Shown: positions 9,042 through 20,805, numbered from the stretch's first letter. The stretch: 64,000 nucleotides of DNA from an uncultured Chthonomonadaceae bacterium (GCA_963817895.1 CAWFQB010000003.1:320001-384000), one strand, 5' to 3'. Notes: generated by a model from the letters alone, not told the origin. Translations and numbers: made by a program.

Positions 9042-11272
9042 CTACTTCGGCTTCGCGAAGATCGCGTTATCCACTGTTGTATTCACGGCAATATCCGTAA
9101 ACGTCAGGTCGAGCAGAGTCATGTTGCCCTGCGATACTTTCAGTGTGCCGGGTATTTTCACGCCCTTTGCCGTCTGGTAACTGCCCATCAGGACAATGAC
9201 CTGCGCGGTTTTGGTCGGCAGCACCATGCGTGTCGCGAGGTTAGTGGCGGGGTCAACATACACGCGCACAGCAACGCCCTTATCCGTCGTAATCACGTAC
9301 CCGGTTTCCGCGCCGTTGCCGGATTTGGGAAGCGGGCGCGTGGGATAGTTTTGCGTGTAGGCGTCGCGCAGCAGTTTGATGGGGTTGAGCGCGCTGCCCA
9401 AACCCGCCGGCGCGGCCTGCTCCATGCCCGCAACCGTCAGCCACTCCGCGCTGTTGCCGCCTTCCGTGCCGAACGCGATGGGAAAGCCGGCTCCCAGATC
9501 GGCGCGCACTTTGTCGGGCATCACAATGGTCAGCGTCAGGGTTTCAATGGGAATCGCTCCGGGCAATTGCCCCGTCGGGTCGGTCAGTTCCCCCTTGCCT
9601 TTCAGCACCATGCTTTTCAGGTTCAGGAAAGCGTCGCCGCCATGCGCCTTCACGGTTGCCGCAAGCATCGCCCGCCCCGCCGCCATCTCCTCCGTAGTCG
9701 CTTTCGCGCCCGCGCCGCTATTCCCCGCGCCTGTTCCTGCTCCCTGCGACTTGTCGCCTGTCCCTTCCAATGTGGGCGAAAGCAAATCCACGCTGCCGGA
9801 CGGAATCACGCGCACGGTTCCGATGCTTTCCACGTCTTTTTGGATCGCTTTGGCGTCGCCCACAAGGACAACCTGCGGCGCGTTCAGATGCAGGCCGCGC
9901 ATGATTTCGGGAACCTGGCTGCCCGTAACCGCCTGAACGCGCTCCACATAGCCCGTCAGGTCCGCCGGCCCGTTGCCGTACAGCACGGCGGGAACAAGGC
10001 GGGTCAGTACGCCGCTCGGCGTGGCGACGCTGACCGCGAACGAACCCTGCAAAAAGGTTTTGCGATCCTGAAGTTCCGCGTTCGGCACTTCGCCCACGCC
10101 GATTTTACGCGCCTCTTCCAGCGCCAGTTTGACCACTTCGCCCGTCGAAGCGTTTTTGGTAAACGTGGAGATTTCAAACTCGCCCGCGTCTTTATGGCGA
10201 CTGAAGAAACTGGCCGCGCCATACGTCAGGCCGCGCTTTACGCGAATTTCGCGCGTCAGGCGGCTATCGAATTGCCCTAGTCCGAGTACGGCAGTCGCAA
10301 CCGTTCCGGCAATCCGGTTCGGATCGTTGTAGCCACTCGTCAGGACGCCGATACGCACTTCTGTTTGCGCGGCTCCCGGGCGGTCTATGATGGTAATCTG
10401 CGGTTTGGCAGAAGACGCGGCGGCTGATGGGCGGCGCGGGCGGCGCGGGCACGTCTTTTTTTTCCCAGCTTCCAAGCGCGGCCTGCGCTTTTGCCATTGC
10501 CTGCGCGGGCGTGATGTCGCCGACAAGAAACAGCGTGGATTGGTTGGGCGCGAAATACGTGTCGTGAAACTTGACCAGATCGTCATGGGTCAGCGATTGC
10601 AGCGTTTGGGGCGTCCCCGCGCTGTTGTTGCCGTAGGGATGCGCGCCGTACACAAGGCGGGCAAGGGCGAGATCGGCAACGGTTCCGGGCTGTCCCAAAG
10701 CCGCCGTCAGTTCGTTCACGGCCTGCGTCCGCGTTCGGTCTAGTTCCGCTTCGGGAAACGTCGGATGCAGCGTAATGTCGGCAAGCAGGCCGAACAGCGT
10801 GTCCGTATAGGGCGACAGGCCACTGGCGGATACCGTCAGGTAATCATCGCTCGCGTCCGCGCCCAGTGACGCGCCCAGTCCGTCAATCGTATCGGCAATC
10901 TGCGTTTCATCCCGCGTGGTCGTTCCTTTATTCAGCAGGCGCGCGGTCATGGCGGCCAGTCCCACTTTGTCTTTCGGGTCGCGTATGGAACCGGCGGGAA
11001 TCGCCAGTCGCATCCACACGGCAGGCTGCTTGTGGTCTTCCAGCACGACGAGTTTCAGGCCGTTGGGCAGGGTTTGCTGCACGATTTGCGGCAATTGCAG
11101 CGCGCGCTCCTTGCCCAAGCGGCGGCAGTCCCGCCGCGGTGTTGGCGGCGTTTCTGCGCATTGCCTGCGAGGACAGCAGCGCGAGCGTCAGCGTTCCCCC
11201 GGCAAGCGACGGCGGCAAAGCCGCCATGACATGCGCCGCGACGGTTCGGGAACGATAGAAAAATATAGACAT
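9042..11272 (-). CDS. M16 peptidase non-catalytic subunit with extra C-terminal domain; frameshifted
   Basis: LPNGLKLVVLEDH, PTFPEAEL, IRVKRGLTYGA; no HxxEH; three overlapping ORFs. Confidence 0.8.
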
Positions 11273-11325
11273 TATCGAGCCTCCTTGCGGCCTTGCCGTT
11301 TGCAGCCGAAGCGTTGTTTGTCGCG

Positions 11326-12808
11326 TTACGTTTGCGCAACGGCGTTCTTATCGGCAACACTCTGCGCCGACTTGTCGGCTTTGGGCGCGTCCTGCGGTTT
11401 CTGCATGGAAGCGGGCAGCATGTATAGCACATTGCGCTGCGCGGGGACAAAGTATTTCTGCGCCACGCGCTGAATGTCCGCGGCAGTGACGGCCTGCAAT
11501 TCCGCCAATTCTTTGTTCGCCTCATCGGGCGTGCCGTACAGCAGGTCGGCCTCGCCCAACTGGCTTGGCTTTGGCTTCGGTAGAAATCGTGCCGAACACT
11601 TTGCCCGAAATGGCCTGATTTTTGGCCTTGTCCAGTTCCGCCTGGCTGACGGGCTGGGTGCGCAGCAGTTCCGTCTGCTCCACAAGCGCTTTTTCCAGCG
11701 CTTCGGGCGATTTGCCCGCGTTGGCGACCGCGAAGAAGAAGAACATGCCGCCCAATTTCAGTTCCAGCGGCGAGCCGCCCGCTTCCACGGCAATCTGCTG
11801 ATCGCGGACAAGCGCGCGGTACAGGCGCGAACTGTTGCCGACGGAGAGAATGCTGCGACATCACATCGAATACGGGCAGGTCTTTGGCGTCTGCGCCCTC
11901 GGTTGCGGGCAGGCGGAAGGCCATCACGACCATCGGCAGGGGCGCGAGTTTGTCGTAAAGGGTTTTGCGCTGTTCCGCCGTCTGGTTGCTCGGCACAACA
12001 GGATAGCGCGTGAACGGTTTGGCGGATTTGGGAATGGCTCCGAAATATTTGCTGATACGGGCCAGCGCGTCAGCGGTTTTGAAGTCGCCGACAAGCACGA
12101 GCGTCGCGTTGTCGGGCTTGTAATACTCGTCGTGGAAGGCTTTCACGTCGCTGAGTTTCGCGTCATCCAGATTCGCCATGATGCCGATGGTGGTATGCGC
12201 GTACGGATGGGCGGCGGGAAACAGCATGGCCTGCACGTTTTCAATCAGCGTGCCATACGGCGCGTTTTCCACGTCCATGCGATGCTCTTCTTCCACGACA
12301 GCCCGCTCGGATTTCAGGTTCGGCTCGTCCACGCGCAGCGAGCCATGCGGTCGGCTTCCAGAAACAGAACGCGATCCAGCGCGTTGGTAGGCACGGTTTC
12401 GTAGTACAGCGTCCGGTCGAAATAGGTATTGGCGTTGTAATCGCCGCCGATCTGCTCCACATAGCGGGCGTGTTCTTCCGGACCGACATGCGCGGAACCT
12501 TTGAACATCAGATGCTCGAACATGTGCGCGAACCCGGCCTTGCCTTTGGCCTCGTCCTTGCTGCCGACGTGATACCAGATTTGCAGCGTGACAACGGGGG
12601 CGCGATGGTCTTCCAGCGTGACCACTTTCAGGCCGTTGGGCAGTTTCGTCTCTTTATAATCCAGCCGGGGTACGGGTATTGCGGCAGCGGTCGGCTTTCC
12701 CGCTTCCTGCGCCCGCGCGAACGGCAGAATGGATAAACTCAATCCGCCAATCGCAATCAAAGACAGTACAAAGCGGCGACGCCAACTTTTCAGATGCAAA
12801 TGCTTCAT
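11326..12808 (-). CDS. M16 zinc peptidase catalytic subunit; frameshifted
   Basis: Signal peptide, WYHVGSKDE, HMFEH (HxxEH), YYKPDNATLVLVGD; several overlapping ORFs. Confidence 0.85.
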
Positions 12809-13009
12809 AAAGAAAACCTCCAACACGGCGGTTGAATTAGAGTAAACTTCAATAAAATCAATACGCGGAGATGCAGGCGCGCCCGTCATTTATTTTTGTG
12901 GGTTATGTTCAACACTCCAAAGGTAGTACGCAGGAGAAAGCGGGGCTGTTAGCGTATTGTATGCCATGCCGTAAACATCGCTTGCCCTGCGCGCATACAG
13001 GATTGAAAC

Positions 13010-14218
13010 ATGTTTAAAAGAACTCTGCCAGCGCTGCTGCTCCTGACGGGGGCCGTTTTTGCCTTGTACTCGCGTCGCAAGCCGTCGCCCCCTGCGCCTG
13101 CAATCGCAGTGCAGCCTGTGACCATGGTTGCGCCCATGCCCGCACTTTTATCCACAACTACGTCGCCCAATGCGCCTGTGACACTGTCGCCGTCAGGATA
13201 CACCGTGACAGACATGAACACGGCACGCGGCCCCGTATGGAAACTACTGCCGATGAACTGGCGCAAAGGCCTGACGCCACTGGAAAATTCACAGGGACAG
13301 CGTATCGGGGCGAGGCGCGTCGGCCAGTATTGCCCTGACAGCTCTCTATCAGGCGGCAAGCGTCCGCGCATCCTCCGTAAAGAGGACTACATCGCTATCC
13401 ATCACGGCTTTTTGTACGCTAAACGCGCCGAACGGGACTTAGGCGCGCTTGGAGGCCACAACAGCAGCGCGGCCTGTATCAATGAGCGAGGGCAAGTTGT
13501 TGGCGAAGCTGATAGCGCGGACGACAGTCCGCGTCCAGTACTGTGGGAGGGACGTAAACCGACTCCGCTTCCCACAATGCCCATGTACATTACCGGCAAA
13601 GCGACCTGGATCAATAATCATGGCGATATTGTTGGCAGTATCGGAGGCATTTTCGGTTCGGCGTGTTTGTGGCGCAACGGTCAGCTTTACATACTTGATA
13701 CGCAGGCAGGCTTGAACGGTGAAACTGCGTCCATTGACAGCGTGGCAAATTGCATCAGCAACAGCGGCGATATTGTGGGAGATAAGGGCTGGCACGGGTC
13801 CATACGCCGTCAGGCTTTCTATTGCCATGATGGTAAAATGCAGTGGCAGACGCCCCTATCCGGCTACACGGAGAGTTACGCTTCTGGCGTCAACAGCCGG
13901 GGCGAGATAGTCGGCAGGGTTGAACGTCAGGTTGATGTGTCCAAACTGCATTGGCAAGAACATCACTCATCGGGCGGAGCCTGGCCCAATGGCTATGAGG
14001 AGATAGGCCACTACACGCAGCAATGCGCCGTCCTCTGGCGCAACGGCGCGTGTATCAATCTGAATACCCTTGTGCCTGCCGGATTCAAATGGGAACTGAG
14101 AAACGCGAAGTCTATCAACGACGAGGGCTGCATCCTCGCAGAAGGCTATTTTCAGGACAAAACACATACTTTTCTGCTGAAACCTCGTCCCGTAAAGCTA
14201 TCATCAGAGACCAACTAA
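13010..14218 (+). CDS. Extracellular HAF-repeat-type protein
   Basis: Repeated A..IN..G.IVG / DLGALGG / A.LW.NG units; N-terminal hydrophobic anchor. Confidence 0.7.
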   Translation: MFKRTLPALLLLTGAVFALYSRRKPSPPAPAIAVQPVTMVAPMPALLSTTTSPNAPVTLSPSGYTVTDMNTARGPVWKLLPMNWRKGLTPLENSQGQRIGARRVGQYCPDSSLSGGKRPRILRKEDYIAIHHGFLYAKRAERDLGALGGHNSSAACINERGQVVGEADSADDSPRPVLWEGRKPTPLPTMPMYITGKATWINNHGDIVGSIGGIFGSACLWRNGQLYILDTQAGLNGETASIDSVANCISNSGDIVGDKGWHGSIRRQAFYCHDGKMQWQTPLSGYTESYASGVNSRGEIVGRVERQVDVSKLHWQEHHSSGGAWPNGYEEIGHYTQQCAVLWRNGACINLNTLVPAGFKWELRNAKSINDEGCILAEGYFQDKTHTFLLKPRPVKLSSETN

Positions 14219-14249
14219 AGTTCTTTGGGCAAACACGGGGGGGTTGCCC

Positions 14250-15197
14250 CTACGCCAGCGGTATAATTCGCCGAACTACGGGCGCGTTCACAGTTGGTTC
14301 TTCCTTTGTGAGTACGGTAATCGAAGGCACTTGACATTCACGCAGATACTCTCGCGCCCGCTCGATGCCGTATCCGACCTGTTCAACCCTGTGGCTGTCA
14401 TCGCCGAAGCAGAACGGAATTTCTAATTGATGCGCCTGCCGCGTCCAATACGTATCCGGGTAAGGATGTGAAAGCCCTTTGCGCCAGCCCGCCGTATTCA
14501 GATCAAGTATGCCGTTGTTATCGCGCACAACGCCCATGGCCCTCTTTCCTGCTTCCAGCATGGCGGCCATTGACGCGGCATTAACTCCCGATGTTTCAAA
14601 GTTGTAACCTGTCTCTTCCAGCTTCGTAAAATTCAGCCGGATAAGATCGAAGTGACCGACAACATCGGGACGCAGGGTTTCCACCATAACCGCGACCTGA
14701 TGATAATATTCGCGCGTCAGTTCCACAATGTCGCCACAGGAGTTTAGCGACTGTTTGAAAAGGTCAAGCGGCCCGTCAATGCTGTAGCCGTTGATGAAAT
14801 GCGCGGAACCTACCATGTAATCGAACGCGGGTGAGCCGTCCTGCAATCTCTGTTCCCGGTAGCCGCGCATAATTTCGGCATAATTATCCGGCGGCACGAT
14901 TTCGGCCTCGAAACCGCGCAAGATGGTTAAACGATCCGCGTATTCTTCCACAAGGGGGGGCAAAGCGTGGACGTAGCGGTTGAAATCGTCCGCGATCTTC
15001 GCCACCGTCCAGCCCATCTCTTTTTCGTTGTCGTAAAGGTACTGTTCGCCCAAACGCGGGGCGTGTTCGCTGACGCCGAACGTATGGTAGCCGAACGCGA
15101 CAGCCGCGTCCAGCATCTCGCGCAGCGTACCCTCGGCATGATCGCAATACTCGCCGCTATGCCCGCCATGCAGCGACACTCTCCACTCATCTGCCAC
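14250..15197 (-). CDS. PHP-family histidinol-phosphatase (HisK/HisJ-like)
   Basis: SLHGGHSGEYCDHA, GVSEHAP, GHFDL, GDDSH. Confidence 0.85.
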   Translation of the reverse strand: MADEWRVSLHGGHSGEYCDHAEGTLREMLDAAVAFGYHTFGVSEHAPRLGEQYLYDNEKEMGWTVAKIADDFNRYVHALPPLVEEYADRLTILRGFEAEIVPPDNYAEIMRGYREQRLQDGSPAFDYMVGSAHFINGYSIDGPLDLFKQSLNSCGDIVELTREYYHQVAVMVETLRPDVVGHFDLIRLNFTKLEETGYNFETSGVNAASMAAMLEAGKRAMGVVRDNNGILDLNTAGWRKGLSHPYPDTYWTRQAHQLEIPFCFGDDSHRVEQVGYGIERAREYLRECQVPSITVLTKEEPTVNAPVVRRIIPLA

Positions 15198-15358
15198 GTT
15201 TGCCCCTTTTGTTGTCTTGACGACGAACAGCCAAATCTAAGGAACTCCAAAACACTTTCAAGCGTCTTTGCAATCACGTTATTAACTACAAACGCGACTA
15301 CCGCCGTATGAGAATCGCCGTTTTTCACCTGTTGTAAATTGAATACCGGAGATAGAAA

Positions 15359-16267
15359 ATGGAACCTACGAAACGATCCCTGATGGAAGTTCAGCCCTGT
15401 ACCTGCGGCACGAACGGGCGTATCCATGCCGCCGGGTGCGGGTGCGAAAAAGCCCTGGAGTTTCTGGTCGAGCCAACCGCGCAATACCACTATTCCCGCC
15501 GCGAAGTGTTGCGAGTTGCGCTTGTCGGCGGCTTAACGCTCTCCGCCCTGCCTCTGCTGATGCAGGAAGCCGAAGCCGACCTTTTCAAGCCAAGCCCCGC
15601 GCAACAGATTAAAATGGGCGATCAGGCGGCGCAACAGGTGCTACAGAAATACCGCGTCGTCACCGATGACCGCGCCCGCGAGTTCAACCGCGTGGGGGCC
15701 AAACTCGTAAACTCGCTACCCGCTGCCGACAAAGGCATCTGGAACTATACCTTCCGCGTGGTGGACAGCAAGGAGATCAACGCCTTCGCCTTGCCCGGCG
15801 GCAACATGTTCATGTTTACCGGCCTGATGGATCGCATCAAATCCGCCTCCGAACTTGCGGCGGTGACAGGCCACGAAATGACGCATGTGCGCAAGCAACA
15901 CTGGGCTAACGCTTACGCCGGACAGCAGAAACGCTCTATTGGCCTCGGCGTGTTGTTGGGATTGACTCATGCCGGGAGCGGAGTGCAGGCGTTGGCAGGA
16001 GCCGGCAACCAGTTGTACTCGCTCCGCTTCTCGCGCGGCGAGGAGGATCAGGCCGATGCGGGCGGACTGGAAAACATGGCAGCCGCAGGTTTCAACCTCA
16101 ACGGCATGATTGACCTGTTCAACACGCTACAAACCGCGACAGGCGGCAAAAGCGGCGGGCCGGAATTCCTGAGCGACCATCCGCTGACAACCGCGCGCAT
16201 CAAGCACACGCAGGAACGCATCACCAAAATGCAGGCGCAAATGGGGCAGAGTTCAAGCAGAGGTTAA
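15359..16267 (+). CDS. M48 metallopeptidase, possibly Tat-exported
   Basis: INAFALPGG, HEMTH, FSRGEEDQAD, FLSDHP; SRREVL followed by hydrophobic stretch. Confidence 0.88.
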   Translation: MEPTKRSLMEVQPCTCGTNGRIHAAGCGCEKALEFLVEPTAQYHYSRREVLRVALVGGLTLSALPLLMQEAEADLFKPSPAQQIKMGDQAAQQVLQKYRVVTDDRAREFNRVGAKLVNSLPAADKGIWNYTFRVVDSKEINAFALPGGNMFMFTGLMDRIKSASELAAVTGHEMTHVRKQHWANAYAGQQKRSIGLGVLLGLTHAGSGVQALAGAGNQLYSLRFSRGEEDQADAGGLENMAAAGFNLNGMIDLFNTLQTATGGKSGGPEFLSDHPLTTARIKHTQERITKMQAQMGQSSSRG

Positions 16268-16358
16268 AATGCAGGTTGTGAGTTGTTAGGTTGTTAGGGT
16301 TCAAGCAATGCTTTTCGCGCGCCGAAATAGTGTGTCACAGCTGCATTGGCCTAACAAC

Positions 16359-17391
16359 TAGGGCCTTGTGCTAGTTAGGGAAGGCCAGTGCCTTGATCTG
16401 CAAGAACTCTGCCTTGCCGAGCAAGCGGTTTAGATAGATGCACACGGTATGGGCGGTCAACTTGGCGTACAAGCGGGTACACAAGCCCCAAAAACTATGC
16501 GCATGATTGGTTTCGACGTTGAACTGTTGCGTGAGTTGCCCATTGACCGTCTCGATTATCTGCCGCAAACGGTTGAAGCGGTACTTGGTTTCGCGACTAA
16601 CCTGTTGTTTCTGGTTGGAACGCGGCAGGGTTAGCAGACGGACATTGCGTTGGGCACACTGTTCCTTCGCTTCCTGACTGATGTAGCCTTTGTCGCCCAT
16701 GACCAGCAAATTCGCGTGGGCCGACAGGATTTCCTGCCCCACGCTCAGGTCGGTTTCGTTGGCAGGGGCGAGTTCAAAGTCCAGAATAGTTCCGTTGACA
16801 GCTAACAACAAGTGCAGTTTGTAGCCGAAGATTGTCCACTTCTTGGAACTGACTTTGCCGAAGGTCGCGCCGTGTTCTTTCCAGCCGCTGCCCGCCTGCG
16901 GAGCCAGATGAAAGCCGACAACGGGAACCGGCAGGCTGTCAAGCAAGCATTGTCCATCTTGGGCTAAGTCCAACAAGCCAAGTACACCTTGACGGATCAG
17001 GTTCATCGCCTGACACAGGGTACGGCGGCGACGATTGAAGCGCGAACGCTCGGGCAAATGCGGGAATAAGTGGCGGTACATCCGCCATTCCTGCATCATC
17101 TCCGTTTCTTTGTCCCACCCCCGGCACTCGCCCACAAGGGCGAGCGTGAGCAATTCGGCATCACTGCACTCGGATTGGGGGCCGGGATGGGTGAACTGAC
17201 TGCCGATTTCTTGCCAGATACTGTCAATCACATAGTAGACCCACAAGCAGAAGTCGTCAAAATGCGTTATCATGGAAGTGCCTTTCGTTACGCGCGGAGT
17301 TTGTGTGATGATAAACTCTTGTACGTAACGAAGGCACAAACTGAACAAAGGACAGGCCACACAATGACGTGCTAACTAGCACAAGGCCCTA
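16359..17391 (-). mobile_element. IS982-like insertion sequence, 1033 bp
   Basis: Perfect 20-bp terminal inverted repeats tagggccttgtgctagttag; flanked by ctaacaac on both sides (16351-16358, 17392-17399). Confidence 0.88.
16371..17273 (-). CDS. DDE transposase, IS982 family
   Basis: LDSLPVPV, FGYKLHL, GDKGYIS, RQIIETVNGQL. Confidence 0.88.
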   Translation of the reverse strand: MITHFDDFCLWVYYVIDSIWQEIGSQFTHPGPQSECSDAELLTLALVGECRGWDKETEMMQEWRMYRHLFPHLPERSRFNRRRRTLCQAMNLIRQGVLGLLDLAQDGQCLLDSLPVPVVGFHLAPQAGSGWKEHGATFGKVSSKKWTIFGYKLHLLLAVNGTILDFELAPANETDLSVGQEILSAHANLLVMGDKGYISQEAKEQCAQRNVRLLTLPRSNQKQQVSRETKYRFNRLRQIIETVNGQLTQQFNVETNHAHSFWGLCTRLYAKLTAHTVCIYLNRLLGKAEFLQIKALAFPN

Positions 17392-17422
17392 CTAACAACC
17401 CAATAACCTAACAACCTGCAAT

Positions 17423-17713
17423 TTACGTTCCCGGCAGCAAGCCCTCCTCTTCCGCCCACTTCAACACGCTGCGCCAATCCGGGGAGGGTATCAGGCCGTC
17501 ATGCGTCAGGCGCTGCACCAATCCGGTCATAAAAGACGCGACGTACTGCGGCGGCAATGCCAGCTCCCTCGCGATCTCTTCAATCTCATAATCTTCCTGT
17601 GACAACGCCAGAATACGACGCTGATCGGCGCTGAATGTTTCGCGGATACGCTCGTTCGCCTGCCGGTGAACGCGCTCCAGTTTGCGGTGCTTGATGCGGG
17701 CTTTTGTCCTCAA
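17423..17713 (-). CDS. Small putative HTH protein
   Basis: FSADQRRILAL..EEIARELAL resembles LuxR/sigma-4 HTH. Confidence 0.55.
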   Translation of the reverse strand: MRTKARIKHRKLERVHRQANERIRETFSADQRRILALSQEDYEIEEIARELALPPQYVASFMTGLVQRLTHDGLIPSPDWRSVLKWAEEEGLLPGT

Positions 17714-17970
17714 TCGGCCTCCATGAACAGGGTGAACAATCAGGGTTTGGAATAGTTTATGGTTCGCTACAATCTGTAGAAAATCCTTCCCGGCATAAAT
17801 AATGATAAATTTTCATGTATTTTCCTTAGATACAGCAGGAGATACGCGAAAAGGTGTAGAAAAATACAGCGCCTCGCCAAAGAAGCGGTTGTATATTCGG
17901 TGGTGTTCCTCTGCCACTTGAGCCGTTCGCGCTTCTTAACTCTCACCACAGTTGCCCCAATAAAGGAGAT

Positions 17971-19320
17971 GTGAAAACGATGACGTTTTCAGCACAGTAT
18001 TCCCGACACGCGCTTCGCCGCTCGATGCGGCGCGTTGCCCTCGCCAGCCTCACCGGCATCGGCATGGCCGTTAGTTTATGGGGGTGCGATGGACATGGTT
18101 CCAATTCCACCAGCCGCGCCACCAATGTTCTTTACGTCGAGTCCAATGAACCCGGCGCAAACACTCTGCTGGCTTATCACCGCAGTACGGATGGCAGCCT
18201 GACCCCGCTTTCCGGCAGCCCCTTCGATCTGCGCGGACAGGGGCTTGCCAATCCGACCGAGGATTTTGGTCCCTCCGACGCCGATCAGCAAATCATTACC
18301 AACTCGGATCACAGCCTTCTCTATGCGGTGAATTCGGGCAGCAACACCATTGCGGTTATGAACATCAAATCGGATGGCACACTGACCCACATCACCGGTT
18401 CCCCCTTCCCCTCCGGGGGCGTCAACCCCATCAGCCTGGCTCTCTACAACAACAGGCTGTATTGCGCCAACAAGAATGTGGCATCGAAGTCCGGCAGCGG
18501 CACGCCGAGCTACACCGCTTTCAACGTCGCCGCCACTGGAGCGCTTACCCAGATACCCGCCGCCACACTGACTTCCAGCGCCGGAGCCTCCGCCGCTCAA
18601 ATTCTGGCGTCACGAGTGAGCAAAACCATGTTCACCAACGACTTCTTCGGACCGGTGGCCTCGCCGCCGACAGGCAGCCTGCGCTCGTGGCAGATCAATG
18701 CGGATGGCTCGTTAACGCAGGCCGGTTCTGCGCAAACGGTTCCGGTTCCTGTGCCTGCCGGGACCCCGGCGCAGTTTCAGGCGCTTTACGCGGTTACGCA
18801 GGGCGTTCAAACGCATCCCACGCAGCATATCTTCTACGCCTGCGCCCCTATCTCCAGCAGCATCTGCGTGTATACCTATGATGACAGTGGAGTGTTGACA
18901 TTCCATTCCCTTGCGAAAACCACCGGCGCCCTTAGCTGCTGGCTGCTTATCAACCAGGGCGCCACGCGGATGTATGTGGTTTCCACCGGCGACAACAGCG
19001 TTTCCACGATGGACATCACTAACCCGCTTGCCCCTGTCGAGATACAACGCCTGGTTATGAAGGATGCCGGCCCCACCTTCCCGGTACTTCCCATTATCGC
19101 GAATGTCGCTTCCAGCACCGGCTCGGAAGAGTCTCTGGATCCCTCGGGGCAGTTTCTGTATGTGATCTCGCATCGCAACAATCCCGATACGGCCTATCAC
19201 GGAGGTAATTTGCTGCACATCCTCCGCGTCAACAGCGACGGAACCTTGGGCGAGGCAGGCAACTCGGTCAATCTTAACGTGAGCGACAATGCGAACGTGC
19301 ATGGACTGTTGACGTTCTAA
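17971..19320 (+). CDS. Lactonase-family beta-propeller lipoprotein
   Basis: LWGC lipobox; repeated W/Y.I..DGSLT and PSGQFLYV blades. Confidence 0.8.
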   Translation: MKTMTFSAQYSRHALRRSMRRVALASLTGIGMAVSLWGCDGHGSNSTSRATNVLYVESNEPGANTLLAYHRSTDGSLTPLSGSPFDLRGQGLANPTEDFGPSDADQQIITNSDHSLLYAVNSGSNTIAVMNIKSDGTLTHITGSPFPSGGVNPISLALYNNRLYCANKNVASKSGSGTPSYTAFNVAATGALTQIPAATLTSSAGASAAQILASRVSKTMFTNDFFGPVASPPTGSLRSWQINADGSLTQAGSAQTVPVPVPAGTPAQFQALYAVTQGVQTHPTQHIFYACAPISSSICVYTYDDSGVLTFHSLAKTTGALSCWLLINQGATRMYVVSTGDNSVSTMDITNPLAPVEIQRLVMKDAGPTFPVLPIIANVASSTGSEESLDPSGQFLYVISHRNNPDTAYHGGNLLHILRVNSDGTLGEAGNSVNLNVSDNANVHGLLTF

Positions 19321-19380
19321 ACCGTCTGCATCAATCCTTCCACTCTCGGAACCATCTTTTCTGAAAAGGACATTTCGATC

Positions 19381-20733
19381 ATGCAGTTCTTCAGTTCCAA
19401 CGAAGGAACGAACAGCCGGAACTACTCAGGGGCCATACGAAATCTGATTGCAGGCGTAAGTCTGCTGACTCTACTGGCGGTTTCCGGCTGCGATGGTAAC
19501 AAAAATAACAACAATAACAACACGCCCCGTACGGCGGGCGCGGTCTTCATCGGAACCAACCACAACAACACGTCCAACACCGCGCAGCCGCCCAACCAGA
19601 TCGCCATGTACAACCGCGCCGCGGATGGGACGCTTTCTTTTGTCAACTACTTCGACACCGGCGGGCAGGGTTCCGGGCCGGGGCAGCGATTTGCCGGCGA
19701 CGGTCTCGGCGCCTCCCATTCCGTGTGGCTCAGTCAGGATCATGTCTGGCTTTTCGCCACCAATGCCGGCAGCAACAATGTCACGGTGTTTCGCGTTACC
19801 AACACGGGGCTGACGCGCACCGACCTGAAGCCGACAGGAAATGGCTCTACCAGCCAGCGCTTCCCCAACAGCGTGACGCAGCACAACAATCTTGTCTACG
19901 TCCTCAATTCTGCTGACCAGGGCAGCATTATGGGCTATCAACTCAGCAGTCAGGGAACGCTCACGCCCATCTCCAACTCCCTGCGCCTGCTCAATGCCAA
20001 TCAGCCCCGCTTTGCGCCGGATGCCGTTACCAACCCGACACAGATATCCTTTTCCCCGGATGGCAGCAAACTGATTGTAACCATCAAGGACGGGCCGCCT
20101 GCCGGAGCGGTTGCGGATGCTACTCCCACGGGTCAGGGACGGATACTGGTCTTCACGATGGACAGCAATGGCTTGCCCTCCTCCACGTTTACGCAAACCG
20201 AGGTAAGCAATCACGGGCCGTTCGGATTTTCGTTTGACCGCAGCGGCAATATGCTGACGGCTCTGTTTGTAGGCGGACCAAATCTTACGGCGGCCGCGGG
20301 TTCCTTCAAGATCAATGCGAACGGTTCTATGACCCCAATCACGCCCGACGTAGCGGACACCCAACTCGACACCTGCTGGCTGGAAAACAATGGCTCGTAT
20401 GCCTATGGCGCCAACTACACATCCGGCACGATATCGAGTTTTCGTATTGGCGCAGACGGCAGCCTGAGCCTGCTAAACGCGGTTGCGGGCACAACGGACA
20501 ATCCCGGCAATCAGCAGGGTTCCACGCCGCTGGACTTAGGCATTGATCCCAACGGCCAATTCCTCTACAACGTCCTGCCGGGTTCCGGCAAAGTGGCCGC
20601 ATGGCGTATCAATGCGGATGGCAGTCTCACCAAGATTGCTGAGTACTCCGGCCTGCCGAAAGCGGTGGATGGCGATCATGCCCCGTCGGATTTCAGCGCT
20701 CTGGGCAGTCCCGCAGGCATCGCCGTGCTGTAA
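19381..20733 (+). CDS. Lactonase-family beta-propeller lipoprotein (paralogue)
   Basis: VSGC lipobox; FSPDGSKL, DPNGQFLY, INADGSLT blades. Confidence 0.8.
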   Translation: MQFFSSNEGTNSRNYSGAIRNLIAGVSLLTLLAVSGCDGNKNNNNNNTPRTAGAVFIGTNHNNTSNTAQPPNQIAMYNRAADGTLSFVNYFDTGGQGSGPGQRFAGDGLGASHSVWLSQDHVWLFATNAGSNNVTVFRVTNTGLTRTDLKPTGNGSTSQRFPNSVTQHNNLVYVLNSADQGSIMGYQLSSQGTLTPISNSLRLLNANQPRFAPDAVTNPTQISFSPDGSKLIVTIKDGPPAGAVADATPTGQGRILVFTMDSNGLPSSTFTQTEVSNHGPFGFSFDRSGNMLTALFVGGPNLTAAAGSFKINANGSMTPITPDVADTQLDTCWLENNGSYAYGANYTSGTISSFRIGADGSLSLLNAVAGTTDNPGNQQGSTPLDLGIDPNGQFLYNVLPGSGKVAAWRINADGSLTKIAEYSGLPKAVDGDHAPSDFSALGSPAGIAVL

Positions 20734-20759
20734 GAGGCTGTGCCAACAGGCTCTGAAGA

Positions 20760-20805
20760 CAGCCGGGAAACGACACTTTCACATCAACTTCCCGGCTGTT
20801 TTCTT
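20760..20805 (+). terminator. Intrinsic terminator
   Basis: acagccgggaa...ttcccggctgt followed by tttctt. Confidence 0.55.
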
